From Candidatus Latescibacterota bacterium (GTDB lineage Bacteria; Latescibacterota; UBA2968; UBA8231), in contig OZ242318.1 of assembly GCA_965208105.1 (NCBI GenBank), positions 1,280,001-1,344,000 of the forward strand: a DNA stretch of 64,000 bases, read 5' to 3'. The translations under genes and the position numbers were made by a program. The notes beneath the pieces are model-generated. The model worked only from the letters and a program-made list of their open reading frames with translations, had not been told where the DNA came from and did no database searches. This document shows positions 45,561 to 55,971 of the stretch, one piece after another. Position 1 is the first letter of the stretch, and each line of letters starts with the position of its first letter.

Positions 45561-47081
45561 CTACAGTGTGAGGGAGAAGAGCCGCGTCCGCGCCATGCGG
45601 AACCTGAGGTGAATTCTGCGGCCGCGCAAGGACGCCAGGTCCGAGCGCCCCTTCCAGCTCACCACCGCGTCCAGCTCGTCCCCCCTGAGGGCATCGCAAT
45701 CGTCGAAGGAATATCCCTGCAGCGGCGGCGGCGCGGCGGCGCGCGAGCGGTCGGGCAGTCCGCCGTCGACGATCTCCACCTTCACGAAAGCGCCTGGCTG
45801 CTGCCCCTTGAAGTTCAGCTTCAGCTGCTCGCCGGCGCACTCCTGCTCCGAGAGGGCGAACTCGGCATAGTCCTCCGCCTCCCAGGCCACCAGCCGGTCC
45901 CGCGGCCACATGGCCCAGAAGTACTCTTCAGTCCCGCCCAGGTCGCCCAGGTTGTGCGGCCTCGGGCACGCAAGGGTGAGCAGGCCCCAGCGGTCCTCGC
46001 CCAGCTCCACCAGGTCCGGGGTCGGGTAGAGGCTGCCGTAGGGCTCGAAGAGGGGGATGACCGGCTTGCGCTGCGGTCGGTACCAGAGCTTGCCGTCGTG
46101 GCTGACGGCGAGATATACGTCGAGGAGGTCGCTTGCCCGCCGGTAGGGACTGAAGAACATCAGGTGGCCCCCGTGGGGGTGGCGGCAATAACAGGGAGCG
46201 TAGATGTCCCAGTCCGGAGGGTCGTCGGGCTCGGCGGTGAGCACCATCATGTGGTTTGTCCACGGCCCGCGAAAGTCCTCGGCCTCATAGCGCGAAACCG
46301 CACGCCGCCGCTCGCGGCCACTGCGCAGATAGATGACGTACTTGCCGATGTTGGGGTCGTAGCTGAGGATGTTCTGGGTGTCCAGGAGCCAGGGAGGTTC
46401 CATGATGGGGTCCTTCAGGTGGGTCCAGTGCAACCCGTCGGGCGATACTCCCCCGGTGACCACTACCTGGGACCTGATGTTGGCGCCGATATCCCCGGCG
46501 TCTCCCGCGGCCTCGCGCCGCGCCCGCAGCTCCATCACCTCCTGCCGGCCGGCGGGCCGGCCGTCGACCCAGAAGCGACCGGTGATGCCGATGCCCTTGT
46601 AGCGCTCGGCGTCGCTTCCCCGGGGATCGCGCATCACGTTCATGTAGCTGTAGTGCGAGCCCACGTCCTCGCCGGCGAAGAGGATGTTGTTTTCCGTCGA
46701 GCCGTCGTATTCGTAGATGCCCAGGTTGGGGCGCTCCCACTCGAAGCCGTCGGCGCTCTCGGCATAGCACCACAACCCGGGCATCTTGCCCGGCACGTTC
46801 CCGGCCTTCACCCAGGGGTCTTCGGTGTCCGCAAACGAACCGTACCAGAGGCGGTATCGATCCCCCTCCCTGATCACGCAGGGATAGTGGATGTTGCCGG
46901 CCTCCCAGCGCTTCTCGCGGCGCATGACCACCCGCGAGGGCTCGGCTTCCTGAACCGCCAGCCCCACCCCGCTCGGCAGGTCCTGGGGAAAGTAGTTGCC
47001 CTCCTCGTCGTAGCTCACGTACCCGGGCCAGAGGCCGTGCCAGTCCAGCACGGGAATGGTTCTGGGGCGCAGTTCGCTCAT
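45561..47081 (-). CDS. hypothetical beta-propeller protein, glycosidase-like (Asp-box motifs)
   Basis: ESADGFEW, SPDGLHW and SHDGKLW repeats plus a C-terminal beta-rich tail; no signal peptide seen. Confidence 0.7.
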   Translation of the reverse strand: MSELRPRTIPVLDWHGLWPGYVSYDEEGNYFPQDLPSGVGLAVQEAEPSRVVMRREKRWEAGNIHYPCVIREGDRYRLWYGSFADTEDPWVKAGNVPGKMPGLWCYAESADGFEWERPNLGIYEYDGSTENNILFAGEDVGSHYSYMNVMRDPRGSDAERYKGIGITGRFWVDGRPAGRQEVMELRARREAAGDAGDIGANIRSQVVVTGGVSPDGLHWTHLKDPIMEPPWLLDTQNILSYDPNIGKYVIYLRSGRERRRAVSRYEAEDFRGPWTNHMMVLTAEPDDPPDWDIYAPCYCRHPHGGHLMFFSPYRRASDLLDVYLAVSHDGKLWYRPQRKPVIPLFEPYGSLYPTPDLVELGEDRWGLLTLACPRPHNLGDLGGTEEYFWAMWPRDRLVAWEAEDYAEFALSEQECAGEQLKLNFKGQQPGAFVKVEIVDGGLPDRSRAAAPPPLQGYSFDDCDALRGDELDAVVSWKGRSDLASLRGRRIHLRFRMARTRLFSLTL

Positions 47082-47094
47082 TGCCTCCTCCTTC

Positions 47095-47859
47095 TCACGC
47101 GATCAGGAATCCGCCGTCCACCGCCAGGATGTGACCTGTAACCAGGCTCGAGGCCTCCGAGGCAAGGTAGATCGCGGCTCCGACCAGCTCCTCGGTTCTT
47201 CCCATCCGTCCCATGGGGGTGCGATCGATGAAGTAGTCGGCGGTATCCGATCGAACTTTCTTGGTCATGGGGGTATCCATCAGGCACGGGGCGATGGCGT
47301 TGACCTGGACGTTGCGGGGTGCCAGCTCGAGAGCGAAGGACTTGGTCAACTGGGCAACCCCGCCTTTGCTGGCCAGGTAGGCCATGCTGCCCGGATAGGC
47401 GACGAAGGACCCGATGGAGGCGATGTTGATGATCTTGCCGCTGCCGCGGGCGGCCATGTGGCGCCCCGCGACCTGCATCGGCAGGAAGGTCCCCTTGAGA
47501 TTGACGGCGATGATCCGGTCCCAGTCCTCTTCCGCATAATCCAGGGCCGTTCCCTTGATCGCAATCCCGGCCGAGTTGACCAGAATGTCGACGGCTCCCC
47601 CATCCCGCAATAGCCCCTGCGCCACTTCCTCGACCATTGCGCTCCTGGTCACGTCCATCTGCACCGCGCTCGCCTGGCCCCCTTCCTCCTCAATGCGGGC
47701 GGCGGTGGATCGGGCGCTTTCGACGTCGATATCGGCGACCACGACCCGCGATCCGGCCCCCGCCAGGCCGCAGGCGATTCCCTGGCCGATGCCGCTGCCT
47801 CCACCCGTCACCAGCGCAACCCGGCCGGTCAGGTCGAACATCCTGGTCCCTGTGTTCAC
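47095..47859 (-). CDS. short-chain dehydrogenase/reductase
   Basis: TGGGSGIG, LVNSAG, INIAS, YLASK, VDGG; GTG 47859 with RBS. Confidence 0.92.
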   Translation of the reverse strand: MNTGTRMFDLTGRVALVTGGGSGIGQGIACGLAGAGSRVVVADIDVESARSTAARIEEEGGQASAVQMDVTRSAMVEEVAQGLLRDGGAVDILVNSAGIAIKGTALDYAEEDWDRIIAVNLKGTFLPMQVAGRHMAARGSGKIINIASIGSFVAYPGSMAYLASKGGVAQLTKSFALELAPRNVQVNAIAPCLMDTPMTKKVRSDTADYFIDRTPMGRMGRTEELVGAAIYLASEASSLVTGHILAVDGGFLIA

Positions 47860-47968
47860 GACGAAACTCCCTCTCTGCAGTTGCGGGACTGCGCCTCCGC
47901 CCGCAAATCTACCAAGAATCTCGTCTCCCCACCAATCGAAGCTGGCGCCGGCGTCGCACGCCCACCGC

Positions 47969-48010
47969 AAAAAACGAGGGACTCCCCCTCGCCAAGAAAG
48001 GAGAGTCCCT
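47969..48010 (-). terminator. Rho-independent terminator closing the TBDR/T9SS/PorV cluster
   Basis: Minus strand AGGGACTCTCC...GGGGAGTCCCT stem followed by TTTTTT. Confidence 0.8.
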
Positions 48011-48034
48011 GCCCGCGACTATGGCGCGGGAATG

Positions 48035-49072
48035 TCAGAAGCCGATCTGGAAGGAAAAGGTATTCATCGGATCGAAGAAATCGACGGTGGTATAGGCATA
48101 GTCGACCTTCACGTCCCTCAGGGTGCCCAGGTCGAGATCCAGGCCGAGCCCGAAGCTGGTCCCGAATATGTAGGTGCCGTCTCCCGCATCCGCGGCGTAG
48201 TCGAAGCCGCCGCGCAGGGCAAAAAATCCATCGTAGACGTATTCGCAGCCGAGTTTCCACTGATCATAGGCGAAATTGCTGTGGCGGAAGAGGGAGGAGA
48301 GGTTCAGCTCGCCCATGGCCGCCGCCGGATAGCGGTATCCCAGGCCGATTTCAAAGGTCGAAGGCAGGTCCGCGGAACTCGCTTCGACCTTGTAGCTGGC
48401 CGCGGGCCGGCGCAGGCCGTCGAGCTGTCCCGAGCGCAGCAGGGCCGGACCATCGAACTGGAGGCGGGAGCCGATGTGCTTCAGGGCGACCCCCATGTCG
48501 AGGCCGCCGATTCCGCCCAGGTTGGCGTACTGCAGGCCGGCGCTGAACGACATGGCGGTGGCGTCGACGCGCTCGATCCGGTTGACGATGTAGTGGGTGG
48601 TGGCGCCCACGGCGATGCGGTCGGTGAGCATCTTGGCATAGTTGACCCCCAGGGTGAAGAAGGTGGGCGAAAAGGTCGCGCCCGTGCCGTCGGGAGAGGT
48701 CTCGGTGGTGATGGGAATGTCCCCCAGGTCGAGGGTCTTGATGTTCAGGGCCAAGGACCCGAGGCGCTCGAAGCGAGCGCCGGCGGCCATGTAGTTGACC
48801 CGGATGTCGGCGAGGTAGGACATGGTGGAGAACATGGCATCGGCGCTGGTCTGCGAGCGCGCCAGGCCGGCCGGATTCCAGTGCAGCGCCTCTATTCCCG
48901 ATGTGGTGGCGATGGAAGCGCCGCCCAGGGCCATGTCGCGGGCCCCCACGGGGATGAGCAGTTCCGGAGCGGCGGCGGTGCCGGCGCGGTCCTGACCGTC
49001 GGCGTAGAGATTGCCCCCGACCAGGCACAGCGCCATCAGAATGATGGATGAACGATTGATCGATCGAGTCAT
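48035..49072 (-). CDS. PorV/PorQ-family (FadL-like) outer-membrane beta-barrel
   Basis: Signal peptide, ELLIPVGARDMALGG and LHWNPAGLA motifs, amphipathic strands, C-terminal Phe (SFQIGF). Confidence 0.85.
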   Translation of the reverse strand: MTRSINRSSIILMALCLVGGNLYADGQDRAGTAAAPELLIPVGARDMALGGASIATTSGIEALHWNPAGLARSQTSADAMFSTMSYLADIRVNYMAAGARFERLGSLALNIKTLDLGDIPITTETSPDGTGATFSPTFFTLGVNYAKMLTDRIAVGATTHYIVNRIERVDATAMSFSAGLQYANLGGIGGLDMGVALKHIGSRLQFDGPALLRSGQLDGLRRPAASYKVEASSADLPSTFEIGLGYRYPAAAMGELNLSSLFRHSNFAYDQWKLGCEYVYDGFFALRGGFDYAADAGDGTYIFGTSFGLGLDLDLGTLRDVKVDYAYTTVDFFDPMNTFSFQIGF

Positions 49073-49147
49073 GGGTACATCTCCCTGTGTCTGAAGGATC
49101 CCCCTGGCAGGTCCGAAGCTCTCTCGTCCCCGGACCCGGGGCGAATC

Positions 49148-52100
49148 TCAGTAGTTTTCCAGGAACTGCTGCTCCTGCACGATGGCCAGCTTGAGGATTT
49201 TGCTCTTGTTGATTCCCGGCATTTCAATATGTGCTATGTACATCCCGCTGGCGATGGGCAGCTCGTTGTCGTTGTTCAGGTCCCAGCGCAGGTAGGGATC
49301 CGCATCGTCCTTCTCGAGGGTCCGCACCAGGGTCCCGCCCAGATCGAAGATGCGGATCGTCGCCCGGGCAGGCAGATAGCTGAAGGTGATGAAGTGGCTG
49401 TAGCGGCTGGTCTCGGCCTCGTTGACCCCGAAGTAGGGATTGGGAAAGACATTGATCTTCTTCAGGTCCTCCTTGCGGTACTCGGCCGACTCGGCCGAAC
49501 CGGGAACCATGAAGGAGAACACGTCGGCCACGGTATTGACGTGGTTGGCCACCAGCAGGAAGGAATCGCCGTCCTGGGGGAAGCGGTCCTCCACCCGGCG
49601 GGCGGCGAAGATCGCCCACATCAGGGGTATCACCGGTTCTCCCGCGTCCTGCGAGTTCATCGGAAGGAGGCCATAGTCGGTCAGGGCCGGTGAGTCCTCA
49701 CCGGGCTGGGTGTATTCGGCGTCGAAGATGAAGAGCCACTCCCGGGGCCCGCCGCCCGCGACATTGCTCGCGGTGCTGTACCACGCCGGTCCGTAGGCGC
49801 CGTTCACCAGGCCCCCGGGCAGGTTGTTCTCCAGGAAGCCCACCTCAAGACGGCGGGGAGGGTCGCTCTCGATATCCCAGGCCGACAGGGCGATGGGGAC
49901 GCGGTCCTGGTAGACGTAGATTCCGGGTCCCTCGGTGTTGACGATGTACTTGCTCCAGTCGTAGCGCGCCGCCTCGGCCACGGTGGTCAGATCTCCGGCC
50001 GCCGGGGGGTCGGCGCCGGCGCCGCGCAAGTAGCGGTAGGCCCACGACACGTTCTCGTTGTTCGGGTCGACGGGCTTGTACTGATTCTCGCCCTCCGCTT
50101 CGACCACGCTGGTGAAGCGGATCTCCACGGTGCGCAGATCCGCCGCGGTCACCGTCGACGGTTCAAACCAGTTGTGGTTCGGGTCTCCGGTCATGGCACC
50201 GTTGAAACCCTCGGCCCCGAAGAACGCTTCCGCCCAGGTCCACCACCGCTCCCCGCTGGGGATCTCCCAGTCCTTCATGCCGTTGGGGGGTCCCGACACA
50301 GCCACCTCGATGCCATCGGTGCCGATGTAGAATCCGGCGCCCGTCTGGTCGGCCTGGCCGGTCAGCAGGGGGATGCCGGCGCTGGTATTGCGCAGGCTCC
50401 AGGTGGTCCCGCCTTCGTCGTCCTGTGCGAAGCTCACCTCGTAGTCGTCCCCGGTGGTGAGGGTCGGATTCACCACCACGACGCGCACCGAACCGTCGCT
50501 GACGCCGGCGCTGTGGTCAGCCTCGATGACCTCCTCGGCCTCGGTGAGATAGCGCTTCCCCATCGGCGGCGGCTGAGGCACGGTGACGAATACCTGGGGC
50601 GGGCTCTCCAGGGTGGTGACCGCCGCCCCCTCTGCGGTGTTGCGGTTGTATGCCGTCACCGCGAAATAGTAGCGCTGGCCATTGACCAGGGGCCTGCCGC
50701 GCAAGACGTCGCGGGTCAGCTTGACATAGCGCTTGATCCCGAAATCGCTGCCGATCTGCTTGGGAACGTCGAGGACGATGCCGGAGGCTTCGTCGAGGTC
50801 GATGCCCAGAATGGTGGTAACCCCGTTCTCCAGATCGTAGGTAGCCAGCTTCGTCCCCTGGTCAAGGGTGGCCTCCGCCGAGGGCAACTGGTAAAGATTG
50901 TAGCCTTCGAACACGAACCCCGAGCTGCTGACCTCCTCGGTGGCGCTGATGCCTTCCGGGTTCCAGCCCCAGTCTAGCAGGACGGCCCGGTCAAGTTCGG
51001 TCACGCGCACCTGGGGCGCGGCAGGGGGAGAGGGCACCTCGAAGAAGTTGTTGTAGGCGTCCTGGACGAACTGGTCGGTGAACTTGAGCTTGGATATGCT
51101 GCGCAGACGGTCACTGCTGATCCCGCCCAGGAGGGCGACGACCACCTCCTGGGTATCCCCCAGGACCATCTCGAACGGCCCCGTGTTGAGCACGATGCGG
51201 CGGTCTCCGGCCGGCAGCGGGTGTCCGTCGTTCCATCCCAGGGCCCGGGTGGGGTCGCCGTCGAGGGTGAACAAGGTCGCCTCGTTGGTCAGCGGATTGG
51301 TATAGGGTACCGGGTTGTCCACGTCGGGCTGGGGCTGGTAGCCGCGCAGCAGGTTGTACCACTGCTGGGTGCCCTGGTATTCTCCCAACTCCGGATCGCT
51401 GATGGCGCTGCCGGCGGCGAAGTAGACGAAGGAGGTCATGGGCAGGTTGCGGTATCCCGGCCTTTTGCCAAAGTTGAAGATCGCCTCGACGCTCTCGTCG
51501 AGCACCGGGTTGCCCTCGTCATCGGTGACGATCTCGCCGTTCTCGTCCTTCTGGAAAACAGGAACGATGGGCCCTTGCAAAAAGTCGTAGCCCACCGCCG
51601 GCGGGGCCAGATCGAAGGCCCTGTAGTGGGAATCGCTGTCTATGGAGTTGTAGACGTAGCCAAGGCTCAACTCGACGTCGCAGCCGGCGAAATCATCGCC
51701 ATAGTCTCCCAGGTCGGGATCCGACCACTGGGCGAAGTACATGTCCTCGATGACAGCTTCGTCGGGGGTGTTCTCGGTGCCCTTGTAGATAACCGTGTAC
51801 TTCTTGAAGATCACGTCTCCCAGGGCGTCGGTGCGGGCGTAGCCCCAAAGGGTCGCCTGCACCTCCAGGCCGATGGGCTTTGAACCGTAGAGTTTTGTGC
51901 TGGCGCCCACATCAAGGTCGTTGATGACGAACCAGGCCACCTGATCGGCGTTGGCCAGACCGGGTTCGTCGCCGGCCGGGTCCGGATTGCCGTCGGCGTC
52001 GAATTGGGGCGTGTAGACACCGTCCCCGTCCCGGTCGTAGAAGGGCGCGCCCCAGTGAGCCGGCCATTCCCTCCAGTTGAGGTCGTACTGGTTGCGCAGA

Positions 52101-52606
52101 GCCTCCAGGTCCTCCTCGGTCACCTCGCTCAGCCCCTTGTTGAAAAGCTCGGAGGCGTCCAGCCTCAGGTCGGCGGTCCTGTAGTCGCGGCGGACGCGGT
52201 AAATGCGCACCCTTGGATCGCCGGGGTCGTCGGCCACGCCCTTGGAAAGGATGCGGCCCGGCACCGTTCCTATGTCATAGGTCTGCCCCCCTACGCGCAG
52301 TTCCTGGGGGTCGCCGTCCAGGACCCGGCCTCCCCAGATGAGGCCGTCCTGGAAGATGACCTGGTCGGTGGAGCGCGGAAAGTCCACCCCCGCATTGTCG
52401 TTAAGAGGATTGCGGGCGGACCAACCGTCTCTCTTGAACCAGAGCGCCATGTTGTTGATGTTGAGCAGCGAGCGCTCGCCGAAGGCTATGTCCTGGGCAA
52501 GCTTTGCAGCCGCAGATGATGGTGAGGGGGCGCGGCTTTCGAGCGGACTGGTGAGGGTCCCCAGGAGCACCAGTGCCGCCGGGAAGGCGTAGATGAGCTT
52601 CTTCAT
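49148..52606 (-). CDS. large secreted protein with a T9SS type-A-like C-terminal sorting domain, paralog A
   Basis: Signal peptide MKKLIYAF..., FN3-like segment (FEGYNLY...YYFAVTAY), CTD INVFPNPY...IRIFDLGGTLVRTL...WDL...ASGMY. Confidence 0.85.
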   Translation of the reverse strand: MKKLIYAFPAALVLLGTLTSPLESRAPSPSSAAAKLAQDIAFGERSLLNINNMALWFKRDGWSARNPLNDNAGVDFPRSTDQVIFQDGLIWGGRVLDGDPQELRVGGQTYDIGTVPGRILSKGVADDPGDPRVRIYRVRRDYRTADLRLDASELFNKGLSEVTEEDLEALRNQYDLNWREWPAHWGAPFYDRDGDGVYTPQFDADGNPDPAGDEPGLANADQVAWFVINDLDVGASTKLYGSKPIGLEVQATLWGYARTDALGDVIFKKYTVIYKGTENTPDEAVIEDMYFAQWSDPDLGDYGDDFAGCDVELSLGYVYNSIDSDSHYRAFDLAPPAVGYDFLQGPIVPVFQKDENGEIVTDDEGNPVLDESVEAIFNFGKRPGYRNLPMTSFVYFAAGSAISDPELGEYQGTQQWYNLLRGYQPQPDVDNPVPYTNPLTNEATLFTLDGDPTRALGWNDGHPLPAGDRRIVLNTGPFEMVLGDTQEVVVALLGGISSDRLRSISKLKFTDQFVQDAYNNFFEVPSPPAAPQVRVTELDRAVLLDWGWNPEGISATEEVSSSGFVFEGYNLYQLPSAEATLDQGTKLATYDLENGVTTILGIDLDEASGIVLDVPKQIGSDFGIKRYVKLTRDVLRGRPLVNGQRYYFAVTAYNRNTAEGAAVTTLESPPQVFVTVPQPPPMGKRYLTEAEEVIEADHSAGVSDGSVRVVVVNPTLTTGDDYEVSFAQDDEGGTTWSLRNTSAGIPLLTGQADQTGAGFYIGTDGIEVAVSGPPNGMKDWEIPSGERWWTWAEAFFGAEGFNGAMTGDPNHNWFEPSTVTAADLRTVEIRFTSVVEAEGENQYKPVDPNNENVSWAYRYLRGAGADPPAAGDLTTVAEAARYDWSKYIVNTEGPGIYVYQDRVPIALSAWDIESDPPRRLEVGFLENNLPGGLVNGAYGPAWYSTASNVAGGGPREWLFIFDAEYTQPGEDSPALTDYGLLPMNSQDAGEPVIPLMWAIFAARRVEDRFPQDGDSFLLVANHVNTVADVFSFMVPGSAESAEYRKEDLKKINVFPNPYFGVNEAETSRYSHFITFSYLPARATIRIFDLGGTLVRTLEKDDADPYLRWDLNNDNELPIASGMYIAHIEMPGINKSKILKLAIVQEQQFLENY

Positions 52607-52662
52607 CGCATGATCCCCTTCGTCTTGATTAGTGAACACAGATTCACAGAATAATCTCCGTG

Positions 52663-55600
52663 CTAGAATCCCAGTTTCAAACCGATCCGGAGCTGGCGCG
52701 GCTCGTCGTAGATGTCTCCGTCTCCGGCGAGAAAACCCTCGTTGGACCAGTAGTGCTGCCGGTTGGTAAGGTTGATCGCCTGGTAGAGCTGCTGGTACTG
52801 CAGGCCACCGCTGGCCTCGGCAATCTGGCTGCTCAGGTCGGGATTTGTCAGGAATCCGTCGTCCTTGTCATTGCCGGTGCGGCCGTAGACGTTGATCACG
52901 TTCTTGCGGTTGAAGAGGTTGATGACGCGGAGGTAGACCTTGGCCTCGGTCCCGAAGAGGTCGAAGCCCTTGTCAACCCTGAGGTCCGCCTGAAAGGTCC
53001 AGGGAGTGGTGGAGCTGTTGATCGCCTCCAGGGGCTTTCTGTTGCGCGGATCGAAGCTGTTGAGGATGCCGCCCTCCTCCGGGCCTGTCTGCCCCAGCGA
53101 ACCCCCTACCAGGGTGAAGTTGTGACCGCTGGAAAAATGCAGGAGCAGGTTGGCCCCCATGCGCTGCAGGATCGGCCCTCCGTCGTTCCTGTCGAAGCGG
53201 TAGTCCAGGTAGATGTTCCCACTGTGGGTCTCGTTGAAGTCCAACGGCGAGATGATGGTGGGAAGGCTGCCGTCGTTTTCGACTCCGGAAACCGCGGAGT
53301 AGGTCGTCGACCCGGTGCCGCGGGCGTCGGAGAGGGTATAGTTCAGCTCGGTCCTAAGGCGATTGGTGCGGCGCAGCTTGAACACGAACTCGAGGCCCTT
53401 GGTTGTGGCGAAATCGCCGTTCTGCAGAAAGTTGAAGGCATTGGCTCCCACCGCTGCGGCCTCCAGGTCCTGCCTCCGCAGCTGCAACTGCCCCTTGACG
53501 TCGCGGTAGAAGCCGGTGATGTCGAAGGACGCCGATGCGGTGAACTGGTGCTCGAAGCCGAGCTCGTACTGGGTGGTGCGCATGGGCTCGATGTCGAATG
53601 CGGTGGGAAAGGCGATGTAGTTCTGGCCGCCGAGCTCCAGTGCCAGGCGCGCTCCTCCGGCGAACATGCTGCGCATGCTGGGCATCTGCGAAAAGCGCCC
53701 GTACTGCACGTGGAAAACCGTGACGTCGGACACCGGGAAGGAAAAGCCCAGGCGCGGGCTGATCTCGTGAAAAGCGCGCGTCTTCTGCATGAAGTCGGTG
53801 TCGAGGGTGAACTTCCTGTCGTCGCGAACCGGCGCCGCCTGGTTCTTGAAGCGCCAGCTGTCCGCGTCGAAGTACTCCCAGCGCAGACCGAGATTGAGGA
53901 TCAGATCGTTGTACTCGACCTTGTCCTGGACATAGGCGGCGGCGAGGACGGGGTTCCGCGGACCCTCCAGCCCCTCCCCATCGAACTGGCGGCCGAATTC
54001 GTCGTATCCGAAGAAGTCGGCGCGGCTGGTATTGCGGATGAGGGCCTTGAAGTCCTCCAGGTCGCCCTGCCCCGCCGGTGCGCTGCCGGCGGCATCGATC
54101 AGGGCGCCGAGAACCTCCCCTTCCTCGATCTCGCCGGCGTAGTACCTCTGATAGACCGCATCCAGGTTCGGGTAGGTGTTCTTGATGGCGGAGCGGATGG
54201 AACCGAGAAAGATCCCGTAGCGCCGCGAGGTCCAGCGCTGGTAGTCGAAACCTGCCTTGAGCTGATGCACCCTGGTCTGCTTGGTGATACTGCCGGCCAG
54301 GCCCCAGTACCTGTCGTCCTCCTTGCTGTAGGAGCTGGAGCGCGAGCTTCCCGTAACCGAGGAGGTCGGCGATCCGGGACGGTTGAAGGGGAAGCCGTTC
54401 AAGTCGTAGGGACGAGGTACGGCTCCCTGGGCGGAATAAGAGGTAAAGGACTCGTCCGCCCGGGCTACTGCGACGCTGTCGTTGTAGACCATGAAGTTGT
54501 CCTTGAAGACACCGTCGTAGATCTCCCGGTCCTGCCGGTAGAGGCTGAAATTCAGCTCGTAGAACATGGACGGATCGAGGAGGTGGGTAGCCTTCAGGTT
54601 GGTCAGCCCGGAGACCCGCTGGTACTCGGGCAGCCGCTTCAGGTTGAGCATGTTGCGGATCGGCGCCGGATTGAGCTCCCTGTCCGCAACGGTGTAGAGG
54701 CTCGTCAAGCGCAGCTGCAGGGGATTGTAGTCGAAAAGCAGGGTGCCGTTGAAGTCGATTCTTTCCTGGCCGGTGTGGTCGATATTTCCGGGCTGCAGCG
54801 CCAGGGAATTGAGAGTGTCCTGAATGGCGTTGCCTTCCTCGTCCCTGCTCCAGTGGATGCGCCCCCCGCGGTCGCCGCTGTCGACCAGATCGACGAACTC
54901 GAACCCGTCCCAAAATATGGGCACGAAGTCGCGGACGCTGCGCTGGCCAGCGAGAAAGGCGCGGATCTTGCGGTTGCCTGCCAGGGGTCCGCTCAGGGTC
55001 AGCACCTGGTTGTTGTAGCCGTAGGAGTATGTTCCGAAACGCTGCTCGTGGCTGGAAGTGAAATTGTCGGATTCGGCGAGAAAGTTGACATCCCATTGTG
55101 CCCCTCCGGTGCGCAGTTCCTGCAGGATGATCGCCGCATTGGCGCCGCCGTACTCGGCGTTGAATCCCCCGGCCTGCAGCTGAACTTCCTCCAGCGCTTC
55201 GTCGATCAGGGCCACCGCAGTGCCCCCGGTGACGATATTGCGCACATTTGCGCCCTCGACGTAGTAGCCCACCTCGTCGCTGCGCGAGCCGCGGATGTGG
55301 ATGCTGCCCTCGTCGTTCACCACCCCCGGCTGCAGGCTGAGAACATTCTGCACCCCCCTCAGAGGCAGGATCTCCAGGTCTCCCCCGCCGACGATGCGCA
55401 CCGCATTGGTGGCATTCTTGTCGATGATGGGCCTTTCCGCCTGGACGACCACCTCTTCAACTTCGATGTCCGAGGACGTCAGCTTCACCTCCAGGTCGGT
55501 GGTCAGGTCGGCTGAAACCCGCACTCCCTCCAGGGTGTAGGAATTGTAGCCTACGTAGGAGACTTTGACGCTGTAGACCCCGGGTGGAATATTCAGCACG

Positions 55601-55803
55601 AAGAACCGCCCGTCGCCGTCGGCGACCGCTCCCAACCTGGTATCGACCAGGGCCACGTTGGCGTTGGGCAGCGCCGCCCCGGTCTCCGCATCCAGCACCC
55701 GGCCGGCGATCTTGCCGATGGCCGCCTCGGAGGGGGAATAGCCAAGTGCCAAAAGCACGGCGAGAGCCGCCGTCGCGCGCAAAAATCGAGAACTCTCAAC
55801 CAT
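52663..55803 (-). CDS. TonB-dependent receptor with N-terminal carboxypeptidase-regulatory-like domain, paralog A
   Basis: GKIAGRVLD...SYVGY, plug IRGSRSDE..YYVEG...GGFNAEYG, barrel YVQDK, SPRLGFSFP, C-terminal GLKLGF. Confidence 0.92.
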   Translation of the reverse strand: MVESSRFLRATAALAVLLALGYSPSEAAIGKIAGRVLDAETGAALPNANVALVDTRLGAVADGDGRFFVLNIPPGVYSVKVSYVGYNSYTLEGVRVSADLTTDLEVKLTSSDIEVEEVVVQAERPIIDKNATNAVRIVGGGDLEILPLRGVQNVLSLQPGVVNDEGSIHIRGSRSDEVGYYVEGANVRNIVTGGTAVALIDEALEEVQLQAGGFNAEYGGANAAIILQELRTGGAQWDVNFLAESDNFTSSHEQRFGTYSYGYNNQVLTLSGPLAGNRKIRAFLAGQRSVRDFVPIFWDGFEFVDLVDSGDRGGRIHWSRDEEGNAIQDTLNSLALQPGNIDHTGQERIDFNGTLLFDYNPLQLRLTSLYTVADRELNPAPIRNMLNLKRLPEYQRVSGLTNLKATHLLDPSMFYELNFSLYRQDREIYDGVFKDNFMVYNDSVAVARADESFTSYSAQGAVPRPYDLNGFPFNRPGSPTSSVTGSSRSSSYSKEDDRYWGLAGSITKQTRVHQLKAGFDYQRWTSRRYGIFLGSIRSAIKNTYPNLDAVYQRYYAGEIEEGEVLGALIDAAGSAPAGQGDLEDFKALIRNTSRADFFGYDEFGRQFDGEGLEGPRNPVLAAAYVQDKVEYNDLILNLGLRWEYFDADSWRFKNQAAPVRDDRKFTLDTDFMQKTRAFHEISPRLGFSFPVSDVTVFHVQYGRFSQMPSMRSMFAGGARLALELGGQNYIAFPTAFDIEPMRTTQYELGFEHQFTASASFDITGFYRDVKGQLQLRRQDLEAAAVGANAFNFLQNGDFATTKGLEFVFKLRRTNRLRTELNYTLSDARGTGSTTYSAVSGVENDGSLPTIISPLDFNETHSGNIYLDYRFDRNDGGPILQRMGANLLLHFSSGHNFTLVGGSLGQTGPEEGGILNSFDPRNRKPLEAINSSTTPWTFQADLRVDKGFDLFGTEAKVYLRVINLFNRKNVINVYGRTGNDKDDGFLTNPDLSSQIAEASGGLQYQQLYQAINLTNRQHYWSNEGFLAGDGDIYDEPRQLRIGLKLGF

Positions 55804-55971
55804 GGCCTGCTTCCTTTCTTGAAATTTGTCCTGACATGGTTCTTCTGCACATGTATTTACATATTATGTGGTATAAATTCACATATCTACATGGAATAAA
55901 ACGAAACTTTTTCGCGGGAAACAAGAAAAATATGGCGGTGGAGCGCTAGCATTGGAATCCGCCCCGGATTT

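Noticed and set aside
44665-45909. Possible frameshift or fusion between the propeller gene and the C-N hydrolase
   Set aside because: The propeller gene ends cleanly at 45561 and the hydrolase has its own RBS and ATG at 45528.
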